Assembly (NCBI GenBank): GCA_964016885.1
Contig: OZ024741.1
Span: forward strand, 168,578,001-168,642,000
Length of the DNA stretch: 64,000 nucleotides
From: Eledone cirrhosa
Taxonomy: Eukaryota
Direction of reading: 5' to 3'
The notes under the pieces are model-generated. The model was not told the DNA's origin, did not search any database, and saw only the letters and a list, made by a program, of their open reading frames with translations. This document shows, in pieces, positions 21,817 to 34,854 of this stretch (position 1 is its first letter; every line of letters starts with the position of its first letter). A program made the translations under genes and the position numbers.

Positions 21817-24175
21817 AGTTTTGCGAGGTTTTTGATATGAAATCGTGTGTCGAAACAAATATTGTTATACTTGGAGAGGGTCATATTTGTGTAATATTGC
21901 CAGAATTAATAACAGAACACACTCACTGTTTGGTTGGTTTTCGCTTCTGTGTCTTTTATATCGGTAATCTAATTTATTCGGTCCTCAATGTTGCCATTGA
22001 CTGATCAACGCTCAAAAATAATACAGATACAATATAGACACAAACACATATATATAGTTTATCAAAGTTCTTTCGTTGCACATCTGCAACATCGTCAGTG
22101 GTGCTATTGTTTCCTCCCGTTGCATTGTATTTTCTACGCCATCTTTATTTAGTCTGTTTATATATTTATTTATTTGTTTATTTTATTTTGTCTTCTTTGC
22201 GCATGCGTTTCCGTGTGTGTATAGTGTTTTGTTTGATGTGTGTTCGTGATTGGGTGACTCTGTATTGGTTAATGTATTCTATCTTTACTAGTGTGTGTTT
22301 ATATGTGTTTGTTGTTATTGTGCTTGTGTATGTATTTATCTATTTATTTATTTATACTTCTCTTAGGTCAGTGTTGTTTGTTTGGGTGTTGTTGTTATTC
22401 CATTCATTCTTTCTGTTTAGCCTTGGCCTTCTAAGTTCTATTCCACTGGCCTCTCTGATTTGCCTATCTGCTGGGTCATTTCTATGTTTAGATATTATTC
22501 TAATTTCTATGTTGTCTATGTTACCGTCGTGTTGTTGTCTAGCATGTTCGTATAGTACTGAACCGTTTTTTCGTCCTTTTAGTTCCCCCCAGTGTTGGTC
22601 TATCCTTTCACCTATGCTACGAGCTGTCTCGCCTATGTATGTTGTTGTCATGTTTCTGCAAGTACCCTCTGTACATCTTATGCTATAGACTACGTTTCTA
22701 GTTTTACAGTTTATCCGGGGGTTTACCTTACATATGATACATTTCCTATTAGTACAGTGGGTTTTCTTAAAAGGGTAGGTTTTTCTGATCAGGGATTTTA
22801 TGGTGGTTCCTGGCTTTTCTACCACCTTAATCTTTAAGTGGGTCTTTCTCAGGGCATTTCTACACTGGTTAGCTAATTTCCCTCCAGGGGTAGCGTCCAC
22901 AAACATGACACTCTGGTATCTCTGGTTGTCATACCATGAGGTGGCTTTCCCTATCTTATGTCTAGCCCTATCTAAGCTATTCCATGATTTGCTCCTGTAT
23001 AATGGGCAAATTCCTTTCATGTCCAGTTCTATGAGGGTCTTATACTTCTCCATGGCTCCTTCGTATACTCTGACTCTGTCTCTTTGGTTGTAGCCAGAGA
23101 ACTGCATGCGGTTGATGAAGTGTTGGATGTGTCTTTCCATTTCTGTTGGGTCGCACATGCGGGACACATTCTTCATCACTCGTACCAAATCTGTGATCAG
23201 AATATTAAACTTAGCACTACTGGACATTGCTGAGTTTTTGAGTATCAGGTATTTGGAGGCCATGGGTTTAGCATAGTGTGAGTGGAGAATTTGGGCTCTC
23301 TCGTCTATAGTGTTAATCCAGAGTTCCGTGTCTAATACAGGTAGTCTATTGTTAGAGTGTTTGGAAGGGTAGTCGATAGTTACAGTTATACTCTGGTGTA
23401 TGGAATTAGCTATCTGCTGGATGCTTTCCATTGTGCTACATTCTAAATCAAACTTGTTAGTGCTCTCTAGTGGGGATGTTCTTATAACTATATTGATATT
23501 GTCTACGTAACGAGAGTACATGATGAGGTCTATGGAGCTCTCATTAAGGAGATCTTTAAGTCTCCTTTCCCACCATACCATATAAAGGTTGGCAACATCA
23601 CCAGCTATGCTGACGCCAATGGCTGCCCCCTCATTTTGAGTGTAGATCTTCTCGTTGAACTTGAATATGTGGCCCTTTAGGGTAGTTTTGATACTAGCCC
23701 CTATTGCATGTGCGACAATTTTTCTCACCTGATCATTGTTTTGGGGGGTCCGTATAGCTTTGGTCCACCCAATCCACCTTCCCATGGGAGTCTTTTTAGC
23801 CATTGAGGTTATGGTGGGGGGTCTACCTCTTATGGGTCTACTAGGGCAGAAACGTCTAAGGTCATGTCTGTCTAGGTAGTCAGTGTCGTAGGTAAGTCTA
23901 AGTAGGAGGCCCAGTTCGTCTGTGTCGATGTCGCAGAACTCCACCTCACTCTCAATGATCATCTCCACACATTTTTCCACAGCAAAATCAATGTTAATGG
24001 ATGTGTACAGTGATACCACATCCATGCTGCCTATTATGCAGTTGGATAGGTTCCTGTTTTTGTTGCACTCACTGATTCTGCTGAGGAGGTCCTCTGTACT
24101 GTCACATACATCTGGGGACATCTTGATTATGGGGCGTATAACCATTGAGAGGAAGTAGGAGATCCTGTAGTTGCT
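21817..24175 (-). mobile_element. 5'-truncated Penelope-like element with RT + GIY-YIG and pLTR, inserted in (TA)n
   Basis: Long ORF plus non-coding 3' region with HHR at 22060-22103 (CUGACGA-U-GUUGCA(gaug)UGCAAC-GAAAGAACUU); homologs at 12493 and 58870. Confidence 0.9.
22352..24175 (-). CDS. PLE reverse transcriptase-GIY-YIG polyprotein, about 605 aa open, 5'-truncated; catalytic YVDD reads YVDN
   Basis: IRPII, SMDVVSLYTSI, QNEGAAIG, RYVDNI, LPVLD, YAKPM, NVVYSIRC..YIGETARSIGERIDQH, RQIREA..P.LN. Confidence 0.9.
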   Translation of the reverse strand, partial: SNYRISYFLSMVIRPIIKMSPDVCDSTEDLLSRISECNKNRNLSNCIIGSMDVVSLYTSINIDFAVEKCVEMIIESEVEFCDIDTDELGLLLRLTYDTDYLDRHDLRRFCPSRPIRGRPPTITSMAKKTPMGRWIGWTKAIRTPQNNDQVRKIVAHAIGASIKTTLKGHIFKFNEKIYTQNEGAAIGVSIAGDVANLYMVWWERRLKDLLNESSIDLIMYSRYVDNINIVIRTSPLESTNKFDLECSTMESIQQIANSIHQSITVTIDYPSKHSNNRLPVLDTELWINTIDERAQILHSHYAKPMASKYLILKNSAMSSSAKFNILITDLVRVMKNVSRMCDPTEMERHIQHFINRMQFSGYNQRDRVRVYEGAMEKYKTLIELDMKGICPLYRSKSWNSLDRARHKIGKATSWYDNQRYQSVMFVDATPGGKLANQCRNALRKTHLKIKVVEKPGTTIKSLIRKTYPFKKTHCTNRKCIICKVNPRINCKTRNVVYSIRCTEGTCRNMTTTYIGETARSIGERIDQHWGELKGRKNGSVLYEHARQQHDGNIDNIEIRIISKHRNDPADRQIREASGIELRRPRLNRKNEWNNNNTQTNNTDLREV

Positions 24176-24200
24176 ATATATATATATATATATATATATA

Positions 24201-25160
24201 CAGACCCAGAAAAACATGGGACGAGCTGATAAATTCCGACCTCACACGCTTACACCTCTCCAAGACAATGTCACTGGACCGAGACCTTTGGCGGTACTCA
24301 GTAATAGAGAAGACCCGCCTTACCTAAATACAAAGTAAAAACCTACTACAGTCAGTAGGCACCTCTATCAAAACACACCCCCGTCCCACCACCTCCACCC
24401 CACCCACACCGCCCCTTTCAATGTAAAGTTATGTTGGTCCCACAACATCCAGGCCGAAACAAATGCGATCGTGTAGGTGTCACGACAAAAAACACACAGT
24501 CCACGCTGTAAATGTGGCCGTGTAGGCAACACGGTAAAAACCTCCCAGCCCCACACTGTAAATGTGGTTGGTGTTAGGAAGGGCATCCAGCTGTAGAAAA
24601 CCCGCCAGACAGTCCACGCTGTAATGTGGCCGTGTAGGCAACACGGTAAAAACCTCCCAGCCCCACACTGTAAATGTGGTTGGTGTTAGGAAGGGCATCC
24701 AACTGTAGAAAACCCGCCAGACAGTCCTATGCGAGCAAGACAACCACTCTTGCCTCAAGTGGGAAAACCCCCGTCCAAACCCATGCAAGCGTGGAACACG
24801 GACGCTAAACCTGATGATGATGATGATGATGATGATATGTATATATGCATATATGTATATCATGCTGGTACCACAAAACATCCAGCCCATTCTGTAAAGT
24901 GGTTGTGTAGGTGTCACAACAAAAAGCACCCAGCTCACAGTGTAAAGGGGTCGTGTAGGTGTCACAACAAAAAGCACCCAGCACACACTGTAAATGTGGT
25001 TGGCATTAGGAAGGGCATCCAGCCGTAGAAAACCAGCTAGAAACACTCCTATATGAGCAAGACATGGTCACCCGACCTAACTTGCCTCTAAATGGGACAA
25101 ACCCATCTAACCCATGCTACCGTGGAAAATAGACATTAATCGATTATGATGATGATGATG
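24201..25160 (+). mobile_element. RTE LINE 3' end (24201-24835) followed by a second tail-only fragment (24860-25160)
   Basis: RPRKTWDELINSDLTRLHLSK..DRDLWR; highly similar to 47452-47960; (GAT)n tails. Confidence 0.85.
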
Positions 25161-26844
25161 AAAGGCATCTAGCAGGGAAACATTGCCTCAGAAAGTTGAA
25201 AAACTCAATGTAAAAACGATGATGATAAAGTCTCGCTGTCAGTATTTTAAGCTGTAAAATGATCACAGCTTAAAATACACACTGAGACTTATATATTCTT
25301 ATTATACATAAACATATTCTATATGCTTACATATATGCCTCTATTCTAAATACAATATACTTTTTACTTCATTGATTCCTTGTAACAAAATTCAATTTCT
25401 ATTCACCCTCAAACAAATTAATCAAGTACAAAATTACACAACAACTAATTTTAGCAATGTTGAATACAACTTACATGAGAAAAAAAAATCGGTAAACTAT
25501 CAGGTATTCTAATTGATGTATGATATCTGGCAGCTAGTCTACTTGATCCAGACATTTTGTTCCCTGTTATAAAGGGAAATATAAATGTAAATTAATAAAT
25601 TCATCCCGACTGACCCCTAGGCTTTTATTCATCCCTAGGGAGTTATATGAACTACTTTGAGAAGCCCTGTACTAGAGTATTAATATAGTAATAATACAGC
25701 AGATCAATTTGGAAGTATACGTTTATCACTGTTAGGAAAATAAATAAAAAATATGTCTAAAATAGACGATGAAAGTAGCACAAAAAACTGGCTTCGTGCA
25801 GAGTAAAGGAAAATCTTTTTCACTAAAATCAGGATCCATTAATTTTAAAATCCAGTGCTTTGTTTTTTTTTTTAGATTTCAATCTACAGGTTATCCCCAA
25901 AGTCTGGAATCATAGTAAGAATGAACATTTATAAATCTTTTTGGTACCTACCACTCAAAACTGCCTCGGGTTCTATGATGACAAACTTTTTGTTTTTAAT
26001 GTATACTTATTTTAATTTTAAAAAAGAAAATGTGGAAGAATCTCTTTGATAAGCTATGTACTAAACAACAGCTAATTAATATAGTTAGTTATTTTACTAA
26101 TTCCTTCAAATTGTTGATTATTTACAAAATTAATTGAAAAACATGTGGTATTTTTCATTAGAAATATGGTAATGAAATGGTTAATAAAAATAAATTTATA
26201 ATGTGTTTAACATTACACAATTACAATAAATACAGGCACAGCTCATTTTTATGAGCTAAGTGGACTGAAGTTATGTGAAATAAAGGATACAATGTGCTGC
26301 AGGGAATTGAAATCACATCTTTATGATCATGAATCAGGCACTGAAACTGTTAAGCCATGTACCTTCACAATAAATTCATACTGAACATAATATAAACTTG
26401 ATAAGAATACATGGTATAGTGTATAGTATTATGTCAATGTCAGGCTGTCATATCCTTGTATGTTTACACCCATTACAATATATTTAAGCCGAATATTATG
26501 CTTGCATAAGTATTCTGAAATGCACACTTACTATTCTCACAGTGATGTTCCTTGCTATAAAACTTGAATTGAAGGTATTGATTTCTGATTAATGAATCAA
26601 ACTGAATTTAAATATGAGGTGCAAACAAGAAAAATTGTAGGATTGATGTGGAATCAATAAGTTCACCTCAATAAGTATTTGTTTGAACATTCTAATATTT
26701 AAGGCATAGAGATATGAAGGTGAATGGCTTTTCTCATGATGTTTATGTCATGAGTTCAATTCCTGAAGGCATGTTGTGTTCTTGAGAAAGATAATTTATT
26801 TCCTGTTGACCCAGTTCATTCAGCTGAAGAAAATGAGTTTCATA

Positions 26845-28690
26845 TCTTCTTCTTCTTCTTGAGAGCATCAGGGTGGCAGAGATCTCCAACTGATCCAGCT
26901 GGATGCCCAAGCATGACCAGCTAATCTCATGGATGTTATCCAACCATCTTACTCTGTCTACCTCTGGGTCTCCTGCCAGTCGGTTTTGCCCATAAAATCT
27001 GTCCAGCAATTCTTTCCCGAGACATTCTAACCACATGCCCATAGTAACAGAGCTATGATCTCTCAATTGAGAGAAGTAGCGGCTTTACCTGAAGTGACTC
27101 AATGATCTCTGAGCTACACACTCTATTGAGTAACATTACACCAAAGACCCTTCAGAGGACTCTATTTTGGCCACTTGTATTCACAATCATATTCTTTCAG
27201 TCATCACCCAAGTTTCATGACCACAGGTAAGGGCTGGCACAAATAACAAATTGAGGATAGCAAGTTTGGCTTTTACACCTACCTCGCTTCTTCTGATTAC
27301 CAAATGCTGAAGTTGGTGCATTACTGCACCAGCTCCTTCGATTCTTGCACTTAATTCACCTTTCTACCTTTCATCACTCATGAACATGGCCTCATTCACA
27401 TGTAGAGAGCACTGCATAGGCTTCTTTGAGAGGATGAGTGTTTCAGTCTTTGTAGCACTGATTTTCAGTCCAGCCATACAGCACTTGTCATCAAACCTAT
27501 CAAGTGCAAGTCGGAAATCACCTTCTGTGAAGTTAAGTAACACCATGTCATCTGCAAATTCTAGCAGACTGATTTTACACCTGCCAGTAATGATACATAC
27601 CACTTCCAAGGAGGCTGCACATGTCAATCCTGTTTATGAAATTAATGTACAGGAGAGATGACATTATGCACTCTTGGTGGAGTGTGACTCCCACATTAAA
27701 TGGTTTCGATTTAGCCCCATTTATCTGAACACAAATACTCGGGCAACAAGAAGCTGACCATCAATCCTATACTCCTGCAGAACCTTCCACAGTAGGCCCT
27801 GAGGAACATGGTCATATGCCTTTTGGAAGTCTACAAATAAAGAATATACCTCTTAGCAATACTTCTAAGAATTCTTGAAGACCTGCTGTCGTGTGAATGT
27901 TTGGTTAATTGTGCAAAAACCACACTGTTCATCAGATAACTTAAACTCAACAATCTCGCTGCATCTCTTTGCCATACACTTAGTATAGACTTTACTGGGG
28001 AAGCTTAACAAGGAGATCTCTCTGTAATTAGAACAATCTGTCTTGCCCCCCTTTCTGAAAATTGGAATTATTACTACCAGTTGCCATTGCTTATGTGCCT
28101 TTCCAGAAATTCAGGCCACCTGGTACACAAGTCAGACAGAGAATACCTTCCTTCCAATCACATCCATGTCAGGTGGTCAGTGCCAACATGTGCATTGAAG
28201 TCTCCCATCAGGATATATGACTCAGTCTTAACTACATCTAATGCTGCAGTGACTTCATCAAGGAAGGATCTGTATTCGGACTCCTTGTTTGGAGCATAAA
28301 CTTGCACCACCCACAGAGACCTATCTTTCAGTCAAGCTTCAAAAGGCAAATCTTCCCTCCTAATGGGATTCAGTCCATAGCACATTATGACACCTAGGGG
28401 CTTGTGAGTATCCCCACTCCCGCCTGTGCAGTCTTTTCTGGCGCCACACCTAAATAGTGGAGTTTCAATCCTCCATCCAAATTTATAGGACCAGAACCAC
28501 AGAACTTTGTTAAGGAAGCCCCGACTATATCTAGCCTCTTCCACTAGCTCCTGCTCCTTGTCTGTAAGGGTTGTAATGTTTTAGGTTCCAATTGTCAAGG
28601 TTTGCTCCCTTCTGAACCTTCTTTGGTGTCTCAGGATATGCAATATTTGTGTGTCCATTCCATGTCTCCTAAGACAGGTCACAAGTCCAT
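26845..28690 (-). mobile_element. Degenerate, internally deleted RTE-clade LINE (APE + RT) with (GAA)n tail
   Basis: VQVYAPN..ILMGDFNAHVG (APE), FQKAYDHVP, LLEFADDMVLL, GLKISATKTE, LTCGHETW. Confidence 0.8.
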
Positions 28691-29248
28691 TGCCAGTGAG
28701 TTGTATATGTAATTCAAATGAGCTAGCCATGTCACACATCATATCATGTGATTCTCCCTGAGAACTACATTAAGACTACACGTGTCTGGGGAATGCTCAT
28801 CCATTTGAGCTATACCTATAATTTAAAGTGCCAGCCTTATCACACATTGTCATGTTGAATCTCCTTGAAAAGTATGTTAAGAATACTCATGTATGTGACA
28901 TGGTTAGTCACTTGCACATTAATTTCATGAGCAGGCTGTTCCATCGATCAGAACCAACAGAGTTGGAACATCAAAGTAGAGAACCACAATTAAATAAATG
29001 ACAAATTATTTGTGAGAAAAGAGGGAGGGAGGCTGAAATGGATTATTGAATGTCTAGAAGGATTGAATCAGGTCTGCATTTATTGATTTCCTGAAAAACC
29101 AAATATCTCAAAATAAAAATGAACAACCATCTGCCAAAATGTAGAGACTTACAAAGTTAGCCTAAAAGCAGGAATGAAAATTATACTGAAACAATGATAA
29201 ATTGATGCCTTACTGTGTTGCCAAGAATTGGTAACTTGCACATAAAAT

Positions 29249-29299
<51 letters not shown>

Positions 29300-29629
29300 C
29301 AGACATAGAGTCTAAATCATATCTTTGTCAGATATTTTGCAGTCAAACAAGAGTTTAAGGAAAATATTATTTATGAAATTTTTAGACAGCAGAACTATAG
29401 AGGGACAAAGAGAGAGAGAGAGAGGCAGAGGGAAGGGCAGAAATCAGCACTATCAATCATTAACAGCTAACCAATTGAAAGATTGTGAGTGCACAGGCAA
29501 AAATAAACAGGATTCATTAAATTCTCACATGTAACCATCCCATATGTCAAACTCATCACTTTCTTGGTCAGATGTTCAGAACATAGCCATTTTCTTACAG
29601 AGAAGGTACAGAGAAAGGGGGAGAGTGGG

Positions 29630-29697
<68 letters not shown>

Positions 29698-31150
29698 AAA
29701 ACGAGAAAGAGACATAGAAGAAAAATCGATTCCTGTATTGGCCTGGTACTTTATTTATTGACCTTGAGGCCGGATTTGCTCTCAGAGCACAGAAAGCTGG
29801 CATGAATACTACAAAGTATTCTATGCAACATTCTAACAATGTTGCCACTTTTCCACCTATCTGATGAAGATACGTGACTATAAAAATACATAAAAATGTA
29901 ATACTTTAGATTACAGTTCTGGGTTCAAACTCGAACAAAATATTAAATTGATGATATGTAGACTGGGATGGTCTATCTTGCTATGATGGGTAGTTGGGAG
30001 TGGTCTATCTTATGCGAGCTAGACTGGTGTGGTCCATCTTGCTATAAATGAACTACACAATGAAATAATCAGTGATGTTCTGAAAACATGTTATTGTTAT
30101 TACTACTCTGTTTAAATATGTATTGTTGTGATTGTGCCTATATGAGTGTGAGTGGGTGCACGAGTGTGTGTGTTTGTGAGTATGCCTGTACATGTGCATG
30201 AAAATATGTGTGTACATAAAAGCTGAGAACAAAAGAAATGAAACTGCATATATATACATACACACTCACACACAAACACATATATATATACACACGTATT
30301 ACATATATAAAGATGTACATATAACGATATCAGCTAACTATAAATTGGGCGACATTATGTCTGAAATTTCTAGAAATCATTTGATTTTCGTAAGTGAAAA
30401 GCTATCCATTATTGATCTCAACAACTGATTTATTCTTCCATTCACTGAAACGTACTTAAAAAAAATATAAAAAAAGATAATGTGAGCTCAATAGGCAGTC
30501 TTTTCTTGCAAAAGGATCCCTAAATTCATGGAAAACAACACGAGATGAATCTCCTAATGTTATATACTAAATTGTATTGATGTTCACTATAATACACTTT
30601 AAAAAGAAACATTGCTTTTCATGATGTTTTTTGAAAGGATGATAAAAGTAGAAATGAAAGTAAAAAATTGATCATAGTTTCAGGCATGGTTGTGTGGTAT
30701 ATAGGTGTAGGCATTGCCGTATGGTATAGGTCAGGCATGCTTGTTTTATATAGGAGGAGGCATTGTTGTGTGGTATAGGATCAGACAGAAATTTGTAGTT
30801 AAGGAGTTCATTTCATAACCTTGTGATTCTGGGTTCAGTTTCACAGCATGGCAATTTGAGCAAATGTCTTCTACACAGCTTTGAGTGGAATTTGGTAAAC
30901 GGAAAATGCAGAAGCTTATCATATATGTATATAAGCGGATACATGTGTGTGTGCTTGTATGTGAGCACTGGATGTGCGTATGAGTGTGTGCATGTATATT
31001 TACATGTATCCTGAGGGATTATTTTTAGAGAGGACTTTACTAAAGTATCACTACTGGTGACTTTCTGACTGATGAACAAGGTGAAATCAACTTGCTTTGT
31101 GAAACTCTGAGTACCTAAGAAGGTATACGTCAGTTTGCCATGCATTTTAT

Positions 31151-31204
<54 letters not shown>

Positions 31205-31206
<2 letters not shown>

Positions 31207-31519
31207 GGAGGTGAGTTTTATTGTAGCACAATAAAGCAATGCAAATATCGGATAAGTAGCACTCTACAGTTTGTAGGACTGGAGTATAAATAATATAAGA
31301 TCAAAAGATGGTTAAAAGAGTTCCAAGTATTTTATTATGCATATTTCAAAAGCAAATATCATCATGGGATGATATCTGCGTTCTCATCAGATAAAATAGG
31401 GAGACATGATATGAAGCTTAAAAAACACTTGTGAATAGTGAAGTTTTAAATCAACATATCTGTTATATGTTGATTTAAAACTTCACTATTCACAAGTGTT
31501 TTTAAGCTTCATATCATGT
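31205..31519 (-). mobile_element. Fold-back pLTR fragment with an intact hammerhead and a near-perfect hairpin (31404-31519)
   Basis: About 55-bp inverted arms with a short spacer; TA tract on the left. Confidence 0.75.
31329..31397 (-). ncRNA. Hammerhead ribozyme (AUA family), long stem II
   Basis: AUUUUAU-CUGAUGA-GAAc-GCAGAUAUCAUC(ccau)GAUGAUAUUUGC-UUUU-GAA-AUAUGCAU-A^AUAAAAU. Confidence 0.85.
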
Positions 31520-33382
31520 ATTAGCCCACACTCTAACCACCCACCGGCAGTCATCAGAGCAGTAATCAAATCTATCTCCTATAGGATCTCAATGCTATCA
31601 GCAAATGAGGAGATATTTATAAACCACGCACAATATTATAATAAGGCTCTCTCTCTGAATCTGGTTATAAACAATCAATTTATTACATACCTAAATGCCA
31701 TAACACAGCAACTCACCATAATAAACTTAACACTAGAACTAGAAATACCTTAGCATATAGCCAGATTCACCGGAATTTTAGCAGTAACAGCACCTATACA
31801 GGGAACTTTAATGGTGGCAGCGGCCTGCTCCCCACTCCAAGTAGCAAACTAAAAATCAACCCTAGAATAGGAATGAGAAATGGGATGACAAATAACAAAT
31901 CCCCAGGTAATAATAACCCTAGGAAGGCCCCTACCAACTCCACTAGAACCCCTAGAAGGAATAGACCTAGAAATATCACCTGGCTCAACCCCCCATTCTC
32001 ATCTAATCTAGCCACTAATATCCCCAAACGCTTCTTCTCTATCCTATCCACCCCCCCCCCAACCATAGATATTACAAACTCTTTAATAAAAATAACATTA
32101 AAATCTCATTCTCCACAACACCTAACCTAGCTAGCCACATCGCGTTCAGTAACCATCATAAGCTAAGACAGTATAACTCCCACACCGCGGTACTACCACC
32201 CCTATCAAATACACCACGCCACTACACCAATAATTACTCTAGTAGCACACCTCCCCCATCTAATCCGTCTAGCACGGACCTACTGCTTAGGTTAAACAAC
32301 CCTACTCTCACTAACCGCAGAAGCAACTGCAACTGCCGTTACCCCAATGCATGCTCATTAAATGGACACTGCCTGACACCCAACATAGTCTATAGGTGCA
32401 CGGTTGAGACTGCTTCGAATACCAGCTCTTATATTGGGTCTACCTCTAACCCTTTTAAGGTACGCTATAATGCGCTCTCTTTTTCCTTCCGAGATCCTAG
32501 CAACAGATGTTCGACATCGCTAGCTAGGCTCATTAAAAACCTTAAATTAAACAACGTTCAACACTCACTAAAATGGGATATCGTGGCTAGGGCCCAACCG
32601 TTCAATGGATGAAGAAAATCTTGTGATCTCTGTGTTACGAAAGCATATTACATAACTCTATCACGACCTCTACCGATTAATGATAGAACGGAGGTAACCA
32701 TTAGCTGTCAACACCGAAGGGCTAATTCCTTCGCCAATAGAATTTGTGACCCAACTTAGTCATGTAGCCCCATTTTTACTTGTATCTAATAAGTTAAATT
32801 GCTATGAACAACTCGATAATTATAAGTTACCTCCCCTACATTGTCTCTCAATTAAAAAATTTAAAAATTAGCACTTAACTATAAACACTCACAATTTCTA
32901 ATCTCTCGAGAAGTTACTTCGCCTGAAACCACCCTCTAATTAGTAAGGTAAATATGCCCTTTGGCAGCCATATCGTTACCCATAGGCAGATCTCACACAA
33001 TGCAGCCTCGACAGATGAATACTGCTTGATTATGGCTGACAACTGATGCAACCAAGAAAGACACCATAGTAAAAACCAATATATGGAACACTATATTATG
33101 TAACATTATCCCATTATTTTAATTTATATTCCTTTGAAGTTCCGATGAGCCACTCTGTTTTTTAAATATGTTAATTATTTTCAACTGAACCAGATCAATT
33201 ATGATATATAATCATCTGATCCAGAAATATTATATGGAGTAGCGAAACAATTGTAAACGGACATTATTATTATTAATATTATTATTATTATTCTCTACAT
33301 TCCTTACATCAAACTAAAATATGTTGACAATCTTTTAATAATGTCTTCCTTGTGAAGTTTGTGGCCTTGTTTTGCTTAACTA

Positions 33383-33388
<6 letters not shown>
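31520..33388 (+). mobile_element. 5'-truncated Naiad-type PLE (frameshifted ORF ending about 32759 + pLTR)
   Basis: HSNHPPAVI, ITWLNPPFS, NCNCRYPNACSLNGHC, IVYRC..YIGST..FKVRY, CDLC, INDRTE..SCQH; homologous to 5211-6040. Confidence 0.85.
33139..33258 (+). ncRNA. Hammerhead-like ribozyme with CCGAUGA core and about 95-nt stem II domain
   Basis: GUU-CCGAUGA-GCcACUCUG..(insert containing hairpin CAGAU..AUCUG)..UGGAGUaGC-GAA-ACAAUUGU-A^AAC. Confidence 0.65.
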
Positions 33389-33437
<49 letters not shown>

Positions 33438-33439
33438 TA

Positions 33440-34345
33440 GTATTAAGGATACTATTTATGGTTATGTATATACTAAAACCTTTTATAGTTATATATATTT
33501 TAAACCCTAAATAGTGAAAGAGAGTAATTTATTACTATCTTATTACCAGTAAGATAAATAGCTCAATGTAACAACATCAGTTGTTTTACAGAGCAGTTAT
33601 ATAGAAATTACATGAATCAAAGTTCTATTTAAATCATTTATTTGCTTACAATTGTTTCTTCCAAACCGAGGTTTGGAGTCTTCGGAGCAATTATTCAGTG
33701 ATTTTTTACACACTTGACCTCTTTTTCAACACAAGAGACATATAGAAACATATGTATATATTGACCCACAGTGGGTTGACATCCATTATAATAATATAGT
33801 ATGGCAATTTACATACAAAGATTACTGTCATATTAAAGGACAAAATTAAAGTTAAAAATTAAAATTAAAATTAAAATAAAACATTGGCAGTTTACGAAGA
33901 TAAAGCAAAAGGAAAGTTTGGAGTAGCCAGTGTATGCAACAGTCACATGTGAGGCATGCACGCGTGTCCTATTTATACAAGATTATAGTGCGGCAGATTG
34001 TTACATGTAAAACAAGCAGTCAAAGCAGGCAATCAAGAGCATCATGGGGGCTGTACTGGTAAAGCATTTTTCACACACACCTGTACGATATAGAAGCCCG
34101 TGTGTAGAGAAACATCAAAAATATCAAAAATATTACAAATGAAAAGAAAAACAGCACCACTGTCCTCGCACACACCACCACTGTGAGAGTGGGTCAATAT
34201 ATACATATGTTTCTATATGTCTCTTGTGTTGAAAAGGAGGTCAAGTATGTAAAAAATCTCCGAAGACTCCAAACCTCGATTTGGAAGAAACAATTGTAAG
34301 CAAATAAATGATTTAAACAGAACTTTGATTCATGTAATTTCTATA
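33440..34345 (-). mobile_element. Non-coding fold-back pLTR element with inverted repeat (33598-33775 / 34190-34345) carrying two hammerhead copies
   Basis: HHR at 33642-33690 (-): UUGCU-CCGAAGA-C-UCCAAACC(uc)GGUUUGGA-A-GAA-ACAAUUGU-A^AGCAA. The copy at 34258-34303 (+) has lost most of the 5' strand of stem I. Confidence 0.8.
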
Positions 34346-34383
34346 TATACATATATATATATATTTCTATATATATATATATA

Positions 34384-34553
34384 AGCAAAGGGAAAACTTG
34401 AACCGTTAAGGTCTCATTCCTGGATATGTCAATATTTATAAAACAAGCTTTGTATTTTATCTGATGAGAGCGTACCAAAGTTTGGTACCCTTGGAATATA
34501 TATAATAGAATAAATATGGTTTTATAAATATAGTTTCCATTTATTAATATCAT

Positions 34554-34556
<3 letters not shown>
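34384..34556 (+). mobile_element. Short TA-flanked pLTR fragment with a decayed AUA-family hammerhead (34454-34511)
   Basis: AUUUUAU-CUGAUGA-..GUACCAAA/UUUGGUAC..-GGAA-UAUAUAUA^AUAGAAU; homologous to 49420-49530 (-). Confidence 0.65.
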
Positions 34557-34597
<41 letters not shown>

Positions 34598-34854
34598 TCA
34601 TATGTGTGTATGTGAGTGTGTCTATGTTTATATATGTGTGTGTGTTTATGCCCTGCAACTTAGCAGTTCAACAAAAAGAGATCCCTAAAATAATAGCAGA
34701 TTTGAAAAGAATAAGTACTGGACTTGATATGATTGATTAAATCAAGGCAGTGCTCCAACAAGGACACAATCTAATTGAACCAGTAAAAACAAAATGAAAG
34801 AATTATACATAGTATATTAGAACATATCATGAAGCTGAAATCATCATCTGAAGA

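Noticed and set aside
25600-25930. Single hAT-like end (TTTGAGAAGCCCTG) and Tc1-like end (TACAGGTTATCCCCAAAGTC)
   Set aside because: No matching second TIR or TSD was identified.
32608-32614. In-frame TGA in the Naiad GIY-YIG as a possible selenocysteine codon
   Set aside because: It aligns with a non-Cys position (NG*RKSC versus NGNKRPC), the copy has other lesions, and I saw no convincing SECIS.
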